The position numbers and the translations under genes were made by a program. A stretch of 64,000 nucleotides of DNA, taken from NCBI GenBank assembly GCA_963818475.1, contig CAWFSF010000005.1:384001-448000 (forward strand). Direction: 5' to 3'. This document shows positions 1-10,393 of the stretch, in pieces. Position 1 is the first letter of the stretch; each line of letters opens with the position of its first letter. Under the pieces are notes generated by a model, which had not been told where the DNA came from, ran no database searches, and was given only the letters and a program-made list of their open reading frames with translations. Source of the stretch: Nitrospirota bacterium (GTDB lineage: Bacteria; Nitrospirota; UBA9217).

Positions 1-977
1 TCCCAGACAATAAAGATCGCGTCAAGCCGGTATCCGTCCCCGAGCCCCTGCCATCCCTCTGCAGGCGAGGTGAGGTCGGCGATCACGAGGACCCGCTGCT
101 CCTCCACGCCGAGGCTCGAAACCTTCGTGAACCCGGCAGGCTCCACGACCCGCACGTTCCCGCTAAGGGGCTTGTCGCCGCCCCAGCGCTCGAAAAGCAC
201 CGGCGTTCCCTTTCTGAGCTTCACCGCATCGGCTGAGAGGACCTCGATCTTGACCTCAAGGCTGCGCGGATCTCCCACATCAAGGAGCGGATCGCCTGCG
301 TTCACCACGCCCTCGCTCTCGCGGTGAAGCTTGAGGACCCTTCCGCCCACAGGGGCCCTGACCATGACGGCCTTTTCTCCCGTGGCACTCTGTTCTGCTG
401 CAGAAAACCGGAGCGCGCTTTGCGCCCGCTCCAGGTCCGCCCTGGCAGCGGTCACGGCAGCTTCAGAAGAGAGGCGGTTCGCTTCCGCTTTTTTGCTCTC
501 TGCCATAGCTTGATCCAGTTCGTCCTGCGCTATATAGCCGCCGGTGGCCAGTTTTTTCATGCGCATTTCGCGCTCGCGGGCGTAGTCCGCGTCGGCTGAA
601 GCGGCCCGTGCTTTTTCTTTTGCCGCATCAAGCGCTGCCTCTGCAGCCGCGATCGCCGAACCCGCCTCTGCCCTGCTCCGGGGATCAAGGACTGTGGAGC
701 GGAGCGGTTCAAGCATGGCGACCAGCTGCCCCTTGCGCACGACATCGCCTGCATGCAGGTCGATGCGCTTCAGGTACCCGGCCACGGGCGAGGAAACGAC
801 GAACCGGTCCTTCACCCGCGTCCGTCCCTCTTCCTCCACCGTAACGCGGAGCGGCCCGCGTTTCGCCGTCACGACCTCGACAGGAACCGGCTTGGGCATA
901 AATCCGTAGACCAGGCCGAGCACGACGACTGCCGCGACGGTGATGACCAAAACCCTTCTTCTTATCTCCGCTTTCAT
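1..977 (-). CDS. HlyD/efflux periplasmic adaptor subunit (runs off window start)
   Basis: Manual translation from ATG 977: MKAEIRRRVLVITVAAVVVLGLVYGFMPKPVPVEV...GPLRVTVEEEGRTRVKDRFVVSSPVAG; downstream of ABC permease. Confidence 0.85.
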   Translation of the reverse strand, partial: MKAEIRRRVLVITVAAVVVLGLVYGFMPKPVPVEVVTAKRGPLRVTVEEEGRTRVKDRFVVSSPVAGYLKRIDLHAGDVVRKGQLVAMLEPLRSTVLDPRSRAEAGSAIAAAEAALDAAKEKARAASADADYAREREMRMKKLATGGYIAQDELDQAMAESKKAEANRLSSEAAVTAARADLERAQSALRFSAAEQSATGEKAVMVRAPVGGRVLKLHRESEGVVNAGDPLLDVGDPRSLEVKIEVLSADAVKLRKGTPVLFERWGGDKPLSGNVRVVEPAGFTKVSSLGVEEQRVLVIADLTSPAEGWQGLGDGYRLDAIFIVW

Positions 978-1016
978 GATCACCTCTGAGTCACCGTGTC
1001 AAACGCAGTCTTTTTT

Positions 1017-1130
1017 GCCGCGAATTAACACGAATTTTCACGAATGACTGCCTAAAAGAACCTGATTTTAGCTTTTGAATTATGTTTGTCTGTTTTACCT
1101 TCGCGTCCATTCGCGTACATTCGCGGCTGA
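1017..1130. repeat. Short inverted-repeat intergenic element (CACGAAT / ATTCGCG arms)
   Basis: gccgcgaattaacacgaattttcacgaat ... ttcgcgtccattcgcgtacattcgcggct. Confidence 0.55.
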
Positions 1131-1169
1131 TTCGCTTCGAATTTTCCCATTCCGCAATCCGCAATCAAA

Positions 1170-3533
1170 TCACTCCCTCGTCTTGAGCACCGCGACCAGA
1201 TCGAGGTGGTCCAATCGGTGGCGCACGATCAGACCGGAGAGGGACGCCGAGGCCAGCACCACCGCCGCGCCCAGGGCATAGGTCTGGTTTTCGAGCACCA
1301 CCGGCACCCGGAAGAGGTCCGACTCCACAGCGGTCACGATGTAGGCGCAAAGCGCGCGGCCAAGGGCGAACCCCAGCGGCAGGGCCGTCAGGGTAAGGGC
1401 CCCGAGCTCGCCCAGAAAGATATAGGAGATCTCGCCGCGCGTATACCCCAGCACGCGCAGGCTAGCGAGCTCGCGGCTCCGCTCGGAGAGGGATATCCGG
1501 GCGCTGTTGTACACAACACCGAAGGCGATGGTGCCGGAGAGGATCGTGGCGATGAGGGTGAAAAAGAGCATGGATTCGGCCTGCGTTTCGTAGAAATTCC
1601 TGATCTCATCCATCCGCACCGCGGTCCCCGCCACGCGCGGCATCTCGACCAGCTTCCGGTATACCGCGGGCTGCTCCCGGCTGTCCACGGTCAGGTAGGC
1701 GCCGGACACGAGGTCGCCCTCGCGCATCAGGCGGTTGAGCGCGCTCCGGTCCATGTAGCCCATGACGCCGATATACTGCTTTACCAGGGAGACCACCGGG
1801 ACCTGGCGCACGGGACGGTTCCCCTCCAGCACCTCGACGGTCAGCTGGTCACCGACCTTGATGCCGAGCATATCGGCCAGATAATCGGTCAGCACGATCC
1901 CGGATGGCGGGAGCTCGATGGGCTTGAGCCTGGTATCGAGGAGATAGTGGAGCCTGGTGCCGGGCTCGAAGCTCTGGATAATGGTCCGGTAGGTACGGTG
2001 ACCATACCGGAACCGCGCCGGCACGGTCCGGAAAGGCTCGACGTGCTCCACGCCGAAAAGCCCCTTCAGCTCGTGGATCGTCCTTCGCGCCGCAGGCTCG
2101 ATATAGGTGATCGTCATGTCCTCGCGCTGGGCCTGCCGGAACTGCACGTCGACCATGAAATCGACGGAGTCGTTGAAAAATCTGGCAGAGATCATGACCG
2201 CGCAGCTAAAGGATATGCCGACCACGGTCAGCAGGGCCTTGAACGGCTTTCGCTCGATGTTCCGGAGAACGATGCGCGTGGGCTGCGAGAGGACCTTCTC
2301 CAGGCCGATCTTTTCGAGAGTTGTTTTCTTGTAGCTCATCGGCGGCTCTGGCCGCATGGCCTGGGCCGGCGGAAGGAGCGCAGCCTGGCGCACTGCGCGA
2401 AGCGTGCCCAGAAGGGCCGAGCCCGCGGTGATCACGACGGCGGCAACAGCCACCGAGGGCCTGAGCTCGAAGTCGAAATAGGGAAAGCGGTAGAAATCCA
2501 TGTAGATCCCGCCGAGCCCCCTTCCGAGCCACACGCCGGCTGCAATGCCGGATGCGACGCCGATAAGGACGATAAAAAGCACGAGCTTCGTGTAATGCAC
2601 GCCCACGTCGAAGTTGCTGTAACCGACGGCTTTGAGCGCGGCGATCTGCTCGCGCTGCGTGCTCACCGTGCGGCTGATGACCACGTTCAAAAGAAAGGCG
2701 GCGACGCCGATAAAGATGGCCGGAAAGATCTCGGCGAAGCGCTCGAGCTGCCGGAACTCTTCGGTCAGGAACCGGTGGGACATCTGGTCCTTCCTGCCGA
2801 CCGCCCCGAACCCTCCGTAGCGGTCGAGGACCGCGTCGAGCCGGGTAATCACCTCGTCGATCTTTGCTCCCGGCGTAAGTGTAAGCACCACATCGTTAAA
2901 GGCCCCGTCCATGTCGTAGGCCGTGCCGAGCGCCTCGCGGCTCATCCAGAGAATGCCGTAGCGTTTGAAGTCCGGGCTGATGCCGCCCGGCTTTACCTGG
3001 AGAACGAATTCCGGCGAAAGCGCGATGCCGGTGATGACCAGGGTCTTCCAGCGGCCGTTGATCACCGCTCCAAAGGAATCACCGGGCTTGAACCCATGGG
3101 CCTGGGCAAAAGCATCGGAGACGACCACCTCGTTGTCCTTCGCGGAATCCACCATCCTGCCGGTCTTCAGATAGAGCCGGTTCAGGAGCGGGTTCCTGTT
3201 GTTCGGAACCGACATGAGCTTGGCCGTGACCGGCTCGTTGAACCCCTCGATGTCGAGCTTCACATCGGCTGCCACGCGCGTCTCCACCAGGTCCACGCCG
3301 GGGATCTCGCTGATGCGTTCTCTCAGGCTTTCGGGCGCGCGCTTCAGCGATCCGAAGACCTCGGCAAAGGCGAAGTCGCGGTAGAAGGCATCGCGCGTTT
3401 TATTGAGCGAATGCATGACGCTGATGAACATGACGAAGGTGGCCACGCCGCTCACGATCACGAGCACGATCGCCAGTGCCTGGCCCTTCATCAGCCAGAG
3501 GTCGCGCCAGAGTTTTATGTCGAGAGCCCTCAT
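1170..3533 (-). CDS. ABC transporter permease (MacB/FtsX-like, duplicated domains)
   Basis: 787 aa; QREQIAALKAVG and ERSRELASLRVLGY motifs; many TM segments. Confidence 0.9.
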   Translation of the reverse strand: MRALDIKLWRDLWLMKGQALAIVLVIVSGVATFVMFISVMHSLNKTRDAFYRDFAFAEVFGSLKRAPESLRERISEIPGVDLVETRVAADVKLDIEGFNEPVTAKLMSVPNNRNPLLNRLYLKTGRMVDSAKDNEVVVSDAFAQAHGFKPGDSFGAVINGRWKTLVITGIALSPEFVLQVKPGGISPDFKRYGILWMSREALGTAYDMDGAFNDVVLTLTPGAKIDEVITRLDAVLDRYGGFGAVGRKDQMSHRFLTEEFRQLERFAEIFPAIFIGVAAFLLNVVISRTVSTQREQIAALKAVGYSNFDVGVHYTKLVLFIVLIGVASGIAAGVWLGRGLGGIYMDFYRFPYFDFELRPSVAVAAVVITAGSALLGTLRAVRQAALLPPAQAMRPEPPMSYKKTTLEKIGLEKVLSQPTRIVLRNIERKPFKALLTVVGISFSCAVMISARFFNDSVDFMVDVQFRQAQREDMTITYIEPAARRTIHELKGLFGVEHVEPFRTVPARFRYGHRTYRTIIQSFEPGTRLHYLLDTRLKPIELPPSGIVLTDYLADMLGIKVGDQLTVEVLEGNRPVRQVPVVSLVKQYIGVMGYMDRSALNRLMREGDLVSGAYLTVDSREQPAVYRKLVEMPRVAGTAVRMDEIRNFYETQAESMLFFTLIATILSGTIAFGVVYNSARISLSERSRELASLRVLGYTRGEISYIFLGELGALTLTALPLGFALGRALCAYIVTAVESDLFRVPVVLENQTYALGAAVVLASASLSGLIVRHRLDHLDLVAVLKTRE

Positions 3534-3537
3534 AGAT

Positions 3538-3703
3538 TCATTTCGGATTGCGGATTGCGGATTTCGGATTTCGGATTAAATACCACAGCACTCAACTATT
3601 CACTTCTTTTCACTTCATTTCGGATTAAAATGCAGCCGTACGGTACGCGAAGGTTCATGCCGTTGTCCTTCATTCCGCAATCCGCAATCCGAAATCCGCA
3701 ATA
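3538..3703. repeat. Heptamer (TCCGCAA/TCCGAAA) inverted-arm element
   Basis: ttcggattgcggattgcggatttcggatttcggatt ... attccgcaatccgcaatccgaaatccgcaat; relatives at ~1150, 32645-32680, 33645-33720, 58188-58205. Confidence 0.7.
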
Positions 3704-3706
3704 GAA

Positions 3707-4459
3707 TCACCATCTCAGCTCACCCGGCGGTTTCCTGACCGAGTTCCTGGAGACTTCGGCAATAAGGCCGTTGCGCAGATGTACCACCCGGTCGGCCATG
3801 CCCGCGATGTCCACGTTGTGCGTGATGATGACCGTGGCGGTCCCCAGCTCGCGGTTCACCCGCTCCAGGGCTTCGAGCACGACCACGCCGGTCTGGGAAT
3901 CGAGCGCGCCGGTCGGCTCGTCGCAGAGCAGGACCTCGGGGTTCTTCGAGATCGCCCGGGCAATGGCGATGCGCTGCTGCTCGCCGCCTGAAAGCTGGGC
4001 CGGGAAATGATCGAGCCGCTCGGCAAGGCCCACGAGTCCGAGGGCATCTTCGGGCCTCATCGGGTTCCGCGCGATCTCTGTCACTACTGCAACATTTTCC
4101 CGCGCCGTGAGGCTCGGAATGAGATTATAGAACTGGAACACGAACCCCACATGAAAGCGGCGGTATTCGGTAAGCTCTTTCTCCGTGGCCCGCGTCAGGT
4201 CCCTTCCGCAATAGGTCACCCGGCCTCCGCTCGCCGTGTCGAGCCCGCCGAGGATGTTCAGGAGCGTTGACTTGCCGCTGCCCGAGGGGCCGAGCAGCAC
4301 GACCAGCTCGCCTGCGGAAAGCTCCAGGTCGATGCCGCGCAGGGCCTGGACCTTGATCTCCCCCATAGCGTATATCTTGGTCAGCCCCTGCACCTGAAAA
4401 ACCGGGTATTCAGGCCCCGTTTTTTTTTGAACAGCTTCCCGCGTTGATGATCCGTTCAT
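3707..4459 (-). CDS. ABC transporter ATP-binding protein (LolD/MacB-like)
   Basis: Walker [24 protein letters not shown]. Confidence 0.95.
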   Translation of the reverse strand: MNGSSTREAVQKKTGPEYPVFQVQGLTKIYAMGEIKVQALRGIDLELSAGELVVLLGPSGSGKSTLLNILGGLDTASGGRVTYCGRDLTRATEKELTEYRRFHVGFVFQFYNLIPSLTARENVAVVTEIARNPMRPEDALGLVGLAERLDHFPAQLSGGEQQRIAIARAISKNPEVLLCDEPTGALDSQTGVVVLEALERVNRELGTATVIITHNVDIAGMADRVVHLRNGLIAEVSRNSVRKPPGELRW

Positions 4460-4761
4460 GCGACCTCGTATATTCCTATGTTAAGTATACCTGAAAATAT
4501 GATTTGATCGGGAGACGGGAAACGGCGTGAGCAGGTCTTTACGCGGGTGAACCTATGAAAATCTTTGACACGGAAGAGGCGGATTAACCTCGGATAAAAG
4601 CAAAGAGATTTGAGGGGAAAATGAGAGCACGCAAGAAAGGGTGACAAGGGGATAGATGGCGGTGAAAAAAAAATACTTTTTTTTGCATATCCCCTTCGTG
4701 GCCTGAATGAATTTCTTGACCCGTCTAAGGCCACGTCCGCTCGCCCGGTGATAAAGCACCC

Positions 4762-4808
4762 TCTCCTTTTTCCCTCTCCCCTCGAGGGAGAGGGCTGGGG
4801 TGAGGGGC
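4762..4808. repeat. REP-like palindrome (CCCTCTCCC...GGGAGAGGG)
   Basis: ccctctcccctcgagggagagggctggggtgagggg; second copy ~12650-12696. Confidence 0.7.
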
Positions 4809-4874
4809 GGTTTTAGTGCTTCGGCCTCAAACAGTGCACGTTCGCCCTGCGGGACGCTCCCTTAGGCCAAGACG

Positions 4875-5090
4875 GGTGCCCAAGAAATTCATAGGGCCGC
4901 TCCGGGAATATGCGGGGTTTGGGTGGGTCAGACCCTCAGAGCAGTCCCATGCGGAAATTTAGCCAGGCGACCGAGTCCGAGGGTGAAGCATTTCGGACTG
5001 TCTGAGCCCGAAAAGCGAGTTTCCGAAATGTACCGAGGACGACCGAGCATGGCGTGAAGAATTTTCGCCGGGTGCCCTTCTTGGGCACTC
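4875..5090 (+). repeat. Structured ~210 nt non-coding element, copy A
   Basis: Near-identical core to 6307-6436; closing stem gtgcccaagaa/ttcttgggcac; inner stem catttcgga/tccgaaatg. Confidence 0.7.
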
Positions 5091-5114
5091 TCTATCTCCT
5101 ACGCGCCCCGAGCC

Positions 5115-5705
5115 TCAGCCCCTCTTCCGATACCGGAAACAATCAACAACATGGTCGTTGACCATGCCGACAGCCTGCATGAAGGCATAGCAGATGGTCG
5201 GTCCGACGAACTTGAAGCCCCTTTTTTTGAGTTCTTTGCTCATGGCCTCGGCCTCAGGTGTCGTTACGGGTATCGCTGCAAGACGTTGGCATGCGTGGCG
5301 GATCTGCTTTCCGCCCACGAAGCGCCAGAGATACGCATCCAGCGAGCCGAACTCCTTCTGGACCTCCAGGACCAGCCTGGCGTTGATTATGGCGGCATCG
5401 ATCTTTAGCCGGTTGCGAATGATACCTTCATTCTTCAGCAGCCGCTGCGCGTCCCGGGTCGTGAACCGCGCCACGACCGCGGGGTCGAAACCCTTGAAGG
5501 CCTTGCGATAGTTCTCGCGCTTCTTGAGCACCGTTGACCAGGACAACCCGGCCTGCGCGCCCTCCAGCACGAGGAACTCGAAGAGCTTCCGGTCGTCGTG
5601 GAGCGGCACGCCCCATTCCTCGTCATGATAGGCGATCATCAGCGGATCGTCGGACGTCCATGAGCACCGTTTGACATTTTTCTTCATGGTAACAGTTTCC
5701 ATCAT
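5115..5705 (-). CDS. tag: DNA-3-methyladenine glycosylase I
   Basis: RCSW, YHDEEWG, LEGAQAGLSW, FKFVGPT, NDHVVDC motifs. Confidence 0.95.
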   Translation of the reverse strand: MMETVTMKKNVKRCSWTSDDPLMIAYHDEEWGVPLHDDRKLFEFLVLEGAQAGLSWSTVLKKRENYRKAFKGFDPAVVARFTTRDAQRLLKNEGIIRNRLKIDAAIINARLVLEVQKEFGSLDAYLWRFVGGKQIRHACQRLAAIPVTTPEAEAMSKELKKRGFKFVGPTICYAFMQAVGMVNDHVVDCFRYRKRG

Positions 5706-5728
5706 TCGCTGCTTATTCCTCGGCCCGT

Positions 5729-6012
5729 TTATTCAAGTGCCAGAAATTCCTCCGGAGTCAACACCGGGTGCCGATCAGCCCGGTAATCCGCCTTGTTCCT
5801 GGTGATCAGACAGTCGGCCCGGACATGGAGCGCTGAATAATACTGCACCGCGTCCTCGAAGTCCTTGAAGGTAGAGGCGAGTGAAAGGTCGATTGCCTTT
5901 CACCGGCATTTCTCCGCAAGATGCTTCCGATATCCCGCTCGCAGCTGCGCGGCATCCTGCTTGCCCGATAACACGCCCGAGACCTCGTACAGGACCGGCG
6001 ATTCCCTCGCCT
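5729..6012 (-). pseudogene. Relic toxin-antitoxin pair: antitoxin C-terminus abutting PIN-toxin C-terminus
   Basis: SPVLYEVSGVLSGKQDAAQLRAGYRKHLAEKCR* (stop 5900-5902) directly followed by KAIDLSLASTFKDFEDAVQYYSALHVRADCLITRNKADY...VLTPEEFLALE*. Confidence 0.65.
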
Positions 6013-6231
6013 CCTAGTGTGACGTACATATTATATATTTATATACGTTTCATATCAAATTCTTCTCGAACGTAAATAGACAAAACCGGAGAGGATTTCA
6101 CCTCGGCACGTCACCGCTCAAACGCTGCGCAACGGGTTGCACAACTCAACTTTCCAATAGGGGTCTTCCAGAAATTTTTTTTGCACATCCCCTTCGCGGT
6201 CTGAACACTCGCGGAGTGCAGGCGAAATTTT

Positions 6232-6440
6232 GGACCCAAAAATTTCGTAGGCCGCTCCAGGGACGTGCGGGGTTTGGGTAAGGATTTTAAATTGTTTCCC
6301 GTGTGGAATTTAGCCAGGCGACCGAGTCCGAGGGTGAAGCATTTCGGACTGTTTGAGCCCGCAGGGCGAGTTTCCGAAATGTACCGAGGGCGATCAAGCA
6401 TTGCGTTAAGAATTTTCTCCGGGTGCCATTCTTGGGGGGT
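6232..6440 (+). repeat. Structured ~210 nt non-coding element, copy B
   Basis: Direct repeat of 4875-5090. Confidence 0.7.
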
Positions 6441-6623
6441 ATGGGAGTAGGTATGATCCAGGTCGTATTTTTCTTTATTTTAGAACAGCATAATAGGTAT
6501 AGGGAGAACAGCTCCATTCTCCCCTTTGCTGATCCTGATGGAAAGGAATGCAGATCGGACCGGATGTGCAGGCAAACCATTGATGAGGCCGTCTCACCAG
6601 GCGGTCGCAGGAAAGGGGGAGAT

Positions 6624-7007
6624 ATGAACAGAATTGCCGGATTGTTCATCAAGGCAGCAGTGATCTATGGCGTCGCTGGGTTGACACTGGGGGTGTACAT
6701 GGGCGCAACGCAGCAGCTCTCGCTCATGTCCGTGCATTCCCATCTGAGCCTGCTCGGGTGGGTGACTCTCGGTCTGTGCGCAATGTACTATCAGCTGGTC
6801 CCCGGGGCCGCGACAACAGCGCTGGCAAGGGTCCATTTCTGGACAGCCAATATCGGCCTGATTGTACTCGCCCTGAGCCTCGTGCTGAAGGCCCAGGGTG
6901 TTTCAGCAGCCGAGGCAGGAGCGGGAATCGGTTCCGTGGTCTCCCTTGCCGCGCTGGCGATCTTCGCGGTCATCGTGTTCCGCACGGCGGGAACGAAGGC
7001 GGCCTGA
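6624..7007 (+). CDS. Small 4-TM membrane protein (heme-copper-oxidase-subunit-like, HxH motif)
   Basis: MNRIAGLF...VHSHLSLLGW...ARVHFW; RBS ggaga. Confidence 0.65.
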   Translation: MNRIAGLFIKAAVIYGVAGLTLGVYMGATQQLSLMSVHSHLSLLGWVTLGLCAMYYQLVPGAATTALARVHFWTANIGLIVLALSLVLKAQGVSAAEAGAGIGSVVSLAALAIFAVIVFRTAGTKAA

Positions 7008-7303
7008 TGGCCTCTGGAACGAAGAACCGATGCAACCATTCAGGTCGGAGAGGCGATCTCTCCGGCCTTTGATTTTGGCTTTTTGAAATAAAGGAAACAT
7101 GATGGATACTGACAAAAGTACCGCCAAAGGCAAGCGCGGCGTGGACTTCCCATTCGCATTTCGCATCGCTAATAAGATCGCCCCCCCTCTTCTCACTTCT
7201 GCAAAACATCTGCATCCCTGATCCCTGCAAAATCAGCACGTTACTCTTTGGCATGACTGATGCAGTTACCAAGGCAAGACAGAACGAAAAGGAGGACACG
7301 AAA

Positions 7304-7609
7304 ATGAAAAGCGCGAATGATAAAACAGGAATGAAGATCGGGGCATTGGTCGGCGGGCTGGTGTTTGCAGTATTCGGGATCGTGCCGGGCTTCTACTTCG
7401 GGTCCTACGGGACGTTGCTCCTTCTCCACAAGCTGATGGGTACCGTGGAGCCGACACTCTTCGTGCGGGCAGCAGTGATCTGCGGGAGCCTGATCGGAAT
7501 CGCCTCTGCAGCGGTGGTGAGCCTGGTTATCGGGGGCCTTGCCGGCATGGCGCTGGGATATGTCGTATCAGCTCCGGCAGCAATGCGGCAGGCTGCGCCA
7601 AAAGCATAG
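7304..7609 (+). CDS. Hypothetical Gly-rich membrane protein
   Basis: Strong RBS aggagg; hydrophobic ORF; terminator-like hairpin at ~7646-7672. Confidence 0.7.
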   Translation: MKSANDKTGMKIGALVGGLVFAVFGIVPGFYFGSYGTLLLLHKLMGTVEPTLFVRAAVICGSLIGIASAAVVSLVIGGLAGMALGYVVSAPAAMRQAAPKA

Positions 7610-7782
7610 GATCGCGGAACTCAAAAACCGGTGCATCGATAAATAAGGCGGTGAGAGATCACTGCCTTTTCTGTTTGGCAATGATGAAACCTGCTCCGAA
7701 GTTCCCGTTTATCGTCAAGTAGTAAGTCCAGTTCGGACAAAACGGCCCCAAAGTTCTTCAACGATAAGGGACAGAATCTTTT

Positions 7783-8724
7783 TCACAAATTATCGTAAGA
7801 ATTGACACCATTGCCTCTTCTTTTCAACTCATTGCTGTAACGTAATCCAACTGAGGCTGCATTATCCTTCAGCCACACCGACAACTTCGTCTTCCCAGTT
7901 GGCTGCGATTCCGTGTAAAGAAGGTCAGCCATGAGCCCTCGGATCTCATCGTATGTAATCGTAACATCATGCTGGAGCATACCGACAAACTTGCCGAGCA
8001 AATAGCCCTTGATCGGCGGTACCTGAATGATCGGCCTTCGTTTGCCTATCGCCTTTCCTATCTCTCGTGCCAGCTCACGATAAGTGAATGTCTCCGGACC
8101 AATGGCATCGATTATGACATTTTCCGTTTTTTTACCCTGCTCTACTGCCAGTTCTGCGAGATCATCAACAAAGATAGGCTGCAGTCGATACTTTCCGTCA
8201 CCGAAAACACCGAAGACCGGGAACCTTCTCAGGAACCAGGCGATATTATTGATCAGAATATCTTCTTTGCCGAATAAGACTGCCGGTCGCAGTATCGAAT
8301 AGGACAGCCCTGATTCGATTATCGCTTTTTCCAGTTTGGCTTTTCCGCTGAAATATTCGAACGGTGAGTCGAGCGAAGGATTGGTAATGCTGACATGAAC
8401 AATGCGTTTGATGCCGGCCTGTTTTGCAGCATCGAACAGTTTCAGGCTATTCTCCACTGCCTGTGCATACGAGAAGTTCCGGTGATTGAATCTCACCCAA
8501 TAATTGTTATACAGAACTGAAGCGCCGGTCAGCGACTCGATCAGTTTTTGTGGATTGTTGAAATTGTAAGGATAGGCAGTGACCCTGCCCTGAAAAGGGT
8601 TCTCACGATCGAATGAATTTGTCAGCGTCCGAACGGTATACCCGGCAGCGAGCAGACGTTCTGTTATGTATTTGCCTGAAAAGCCGTATGCGCCGGTGAC
8701 CACGTGTATCGTCTGGGATTCCAT
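7783..8724 (-). CDS. NAD-dependent epimerase/dehydratase (atypical SDR)
   Basis: VTGAYGFSG Rossmann motif, YFSGK, ILRP. Confidence 0.9.
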   Translation of the reverse strand: MESQTIHVVTGAYGFSGKYITERLLAAGYTVRTLTNSFDRENPFQGRVTAYPYNFNNPQKLIESLTGASVLYNNYWVRFNHRNFSYAQAVENSLKLFDAAKQAGIKRIVHVSITNPSLDSPFEYFSGKAKLEKAIIESGLSYSILRPAVLFGKEDILINNIAWFLRRFPVFGVFGDGKYRLQPIFVDDLAELAVEQGKKTENVIIDAIGPETFTYRELAREIGKAIGKRRPIIQVPPIKGYLLGKFVGMLQHDVTITYDEIRGLMADLLYTESQPTGKTKLSVWLKDNAASVGLRYSNELKRRGNGVNSYDNL

Positions 8725-8741
8725 AGCACCCTCCGCTTTCG

Positions 8742-9266
8742 TTACTTTTTCTTCCCAAGTCCGAGGAAGTTCCGTTTTAGGTCTTCCAGGGTCAGCAGCA
8801 TGCCGACAAGCTGATCCATGGTGGAAATGAAATCCTCAAGTTTTTTCAGCCTTTCGACTGCAAAAGCCGTTTCTGCGCTCTTCACCTTCTTGTGAACTTC
8901 TTCGCCCTTTTTTCGGAGTCCGCCGATGGACCCGAGGGCCTGATCAAACTCCTTCTTTTCACGCTCCTTCAACACTCCCCTGATGATCTTCCAGAAGTCT
9001 GTTTCGGCCTCGTAGAAATCCTTCCGATCTCCCTTTACCCAGACTTGCCGGACCATGTTCCACCGTTCCAAAGCACGGATGTTAATGCTCACATTGCCCT
9101 TGCTGATGGAGATACTTTCCGCCATTTCGTCGAGGGTCAGAGACTTCGGAGAGAGATAGAGCAGGCCGTACAGCTGGCCCATGATCTTGCTGAACCCCCA
9201 AAAAGCCGTAATCCTGCCCATAGTTTCCATGGTGCCGTGCTGAAGTTCATGAACGTGATCCGTCAT
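8742..9266 (-). CDS. GbsR/MarR family transcriptional regulator
   Basis: WGFSKIMGQLYGLLYLS...LTLDEMAESISISKGNVS...GDRKDFYEAE. Confidence 0.85.
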   Translation of the reverse strand: MTDHVHELQHGTMETMGRITAFWGFSKIMGQLYGLLYLSPKSLTLDEMAESISISKGNVSINIRALERWNMVRQVWVKGDRKDFYEAETDFWKIIRGVLKEREKKEFDQALGSIGGLRKKGEEVHKKVKSAETAFAVERLKKLEDFISTMDQLVGMLLTLEDLKRNFLGLGKKK

Positions 9267-9579
9267 GCTGCCTCCTTTTTTGCACATCTGTTACTTCCTT
9301 GCCTTTGAACTTGCGGAGAGCTCGCCAGGTCCCATGAGGCCCTCCTTGCTTTTTGTACGTTTAGAACTTTCTAAACATACTATACTTACGATATATCTAC
9401 TTGTCAAGGGAGAAATTATCAAGGCGTCGTAGGCGTAAATAGAAATGGCCGAAGAGTTTTTCTCTTCGGCCATGAACATTCAAGAAGTGAGCAACCGGTG
9501 CAAACAATGACTTACAGGAATTTTAAATGTTGCAATTGTCAAAATACAAGACGTGTCTATAGATCCCCTTCCCGCACCT

Positions 9580-10039
9580 TTACGCGGCAATGTCCTCAAG
9601 GATCTCGGGCTCAACGAGCTTGGCGAGGAGCGTGAGCGAGTCCTCCCACCCGAGATAACAGGCATCGACCGGGATGGCGGCGGGAATGCCCTCCTGCACG
9701 ATGTCTCACCTCGGTCCCGACCGAGACCTTCCTGAGCTGCACCGTCGTCACCATCTCGCCTGCCAGGCCGGGATCGTCGAACCGGTCCGTGTACACCAGC
9801 CGCTCGTTCGGGACCAGTTCGATAAACTCACCGTGGAACGAATGGCTCTTGCCCGTCGTGAAGTTGGTGAACGACATCCGATAGGACCCGCCCTTTTTCG
9901 GGTCAAGCTGGTGGACCTTTCCCGTGAATCCGTCGGGCGGCAGCCATTTGGCCATGGCATCTGCATCGAGGAACGCGCGATACACCCGCTCAGGCGCGGC
10001 GCGCAGCACGCGATGAAGTTTCACAGTACCTGTAGTCAT
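9580..10039 (-). CDS. SRPBCC/AHSA1-like protein (one-base frameshift ~9705)
   Basis: N-term LHRVLRAAPERVYRAF; shifted frame continues IVQEGIPAAIPVDACYLGWEDSLTLLAKLVEPEI to TAA at 9580. Confidence 0.85.
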
Positions 10040-10222
10040 GGATTACCTCCTTCCACTGTCTATCTATTATTTTCCTGAAAAGGAAAAACCGGGCGTGCAC
10101 AGAGAACTATCCTTCGGCAGCCCGGCTTTCTTTTCCTGCGAAAAGATCCGTTACTTTCCGCTCCCTCTTCACAGAGGGTTTGGCTTTATCGGGACAAGCT
10201 GATAGTCACTACTCTGCGCTTT

Positions 10223-10393
10223 CTATGCGGCCTTTGCCTTGCGGATATACTTCTCGGGATTATCCATGAACAGCTCCTTGTCGCTTTCGTCGCAGAAGTA
10301 ATAGGTATGTCCCTTGTACTCGGACTTTATCTCATCAGTTTTCACATTCATGCCGCATACAGAACATTTCTCCGCTTTTTTCAGATCGGTCAT
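10223..10393 (-). CDS. YHS domain protein
   Basis: CSVCGMNV...SEYKGHTYYFC...FMDNPEKY. Confidence 0.85.
   Translation of the reverse strand: MTDLKKAEKCSVCGMNVKTDEIKSEYKGHTYYFCDESDKELFMDNPEKYIRKAKAA

Noticed and set aside
1206-3704. Long plus-strand ORFs (also 40653-42113, 54667-55716, 59742-61784)
   Set aside because: Antisense shadows of clear genes, expected from GC-rich codon bias
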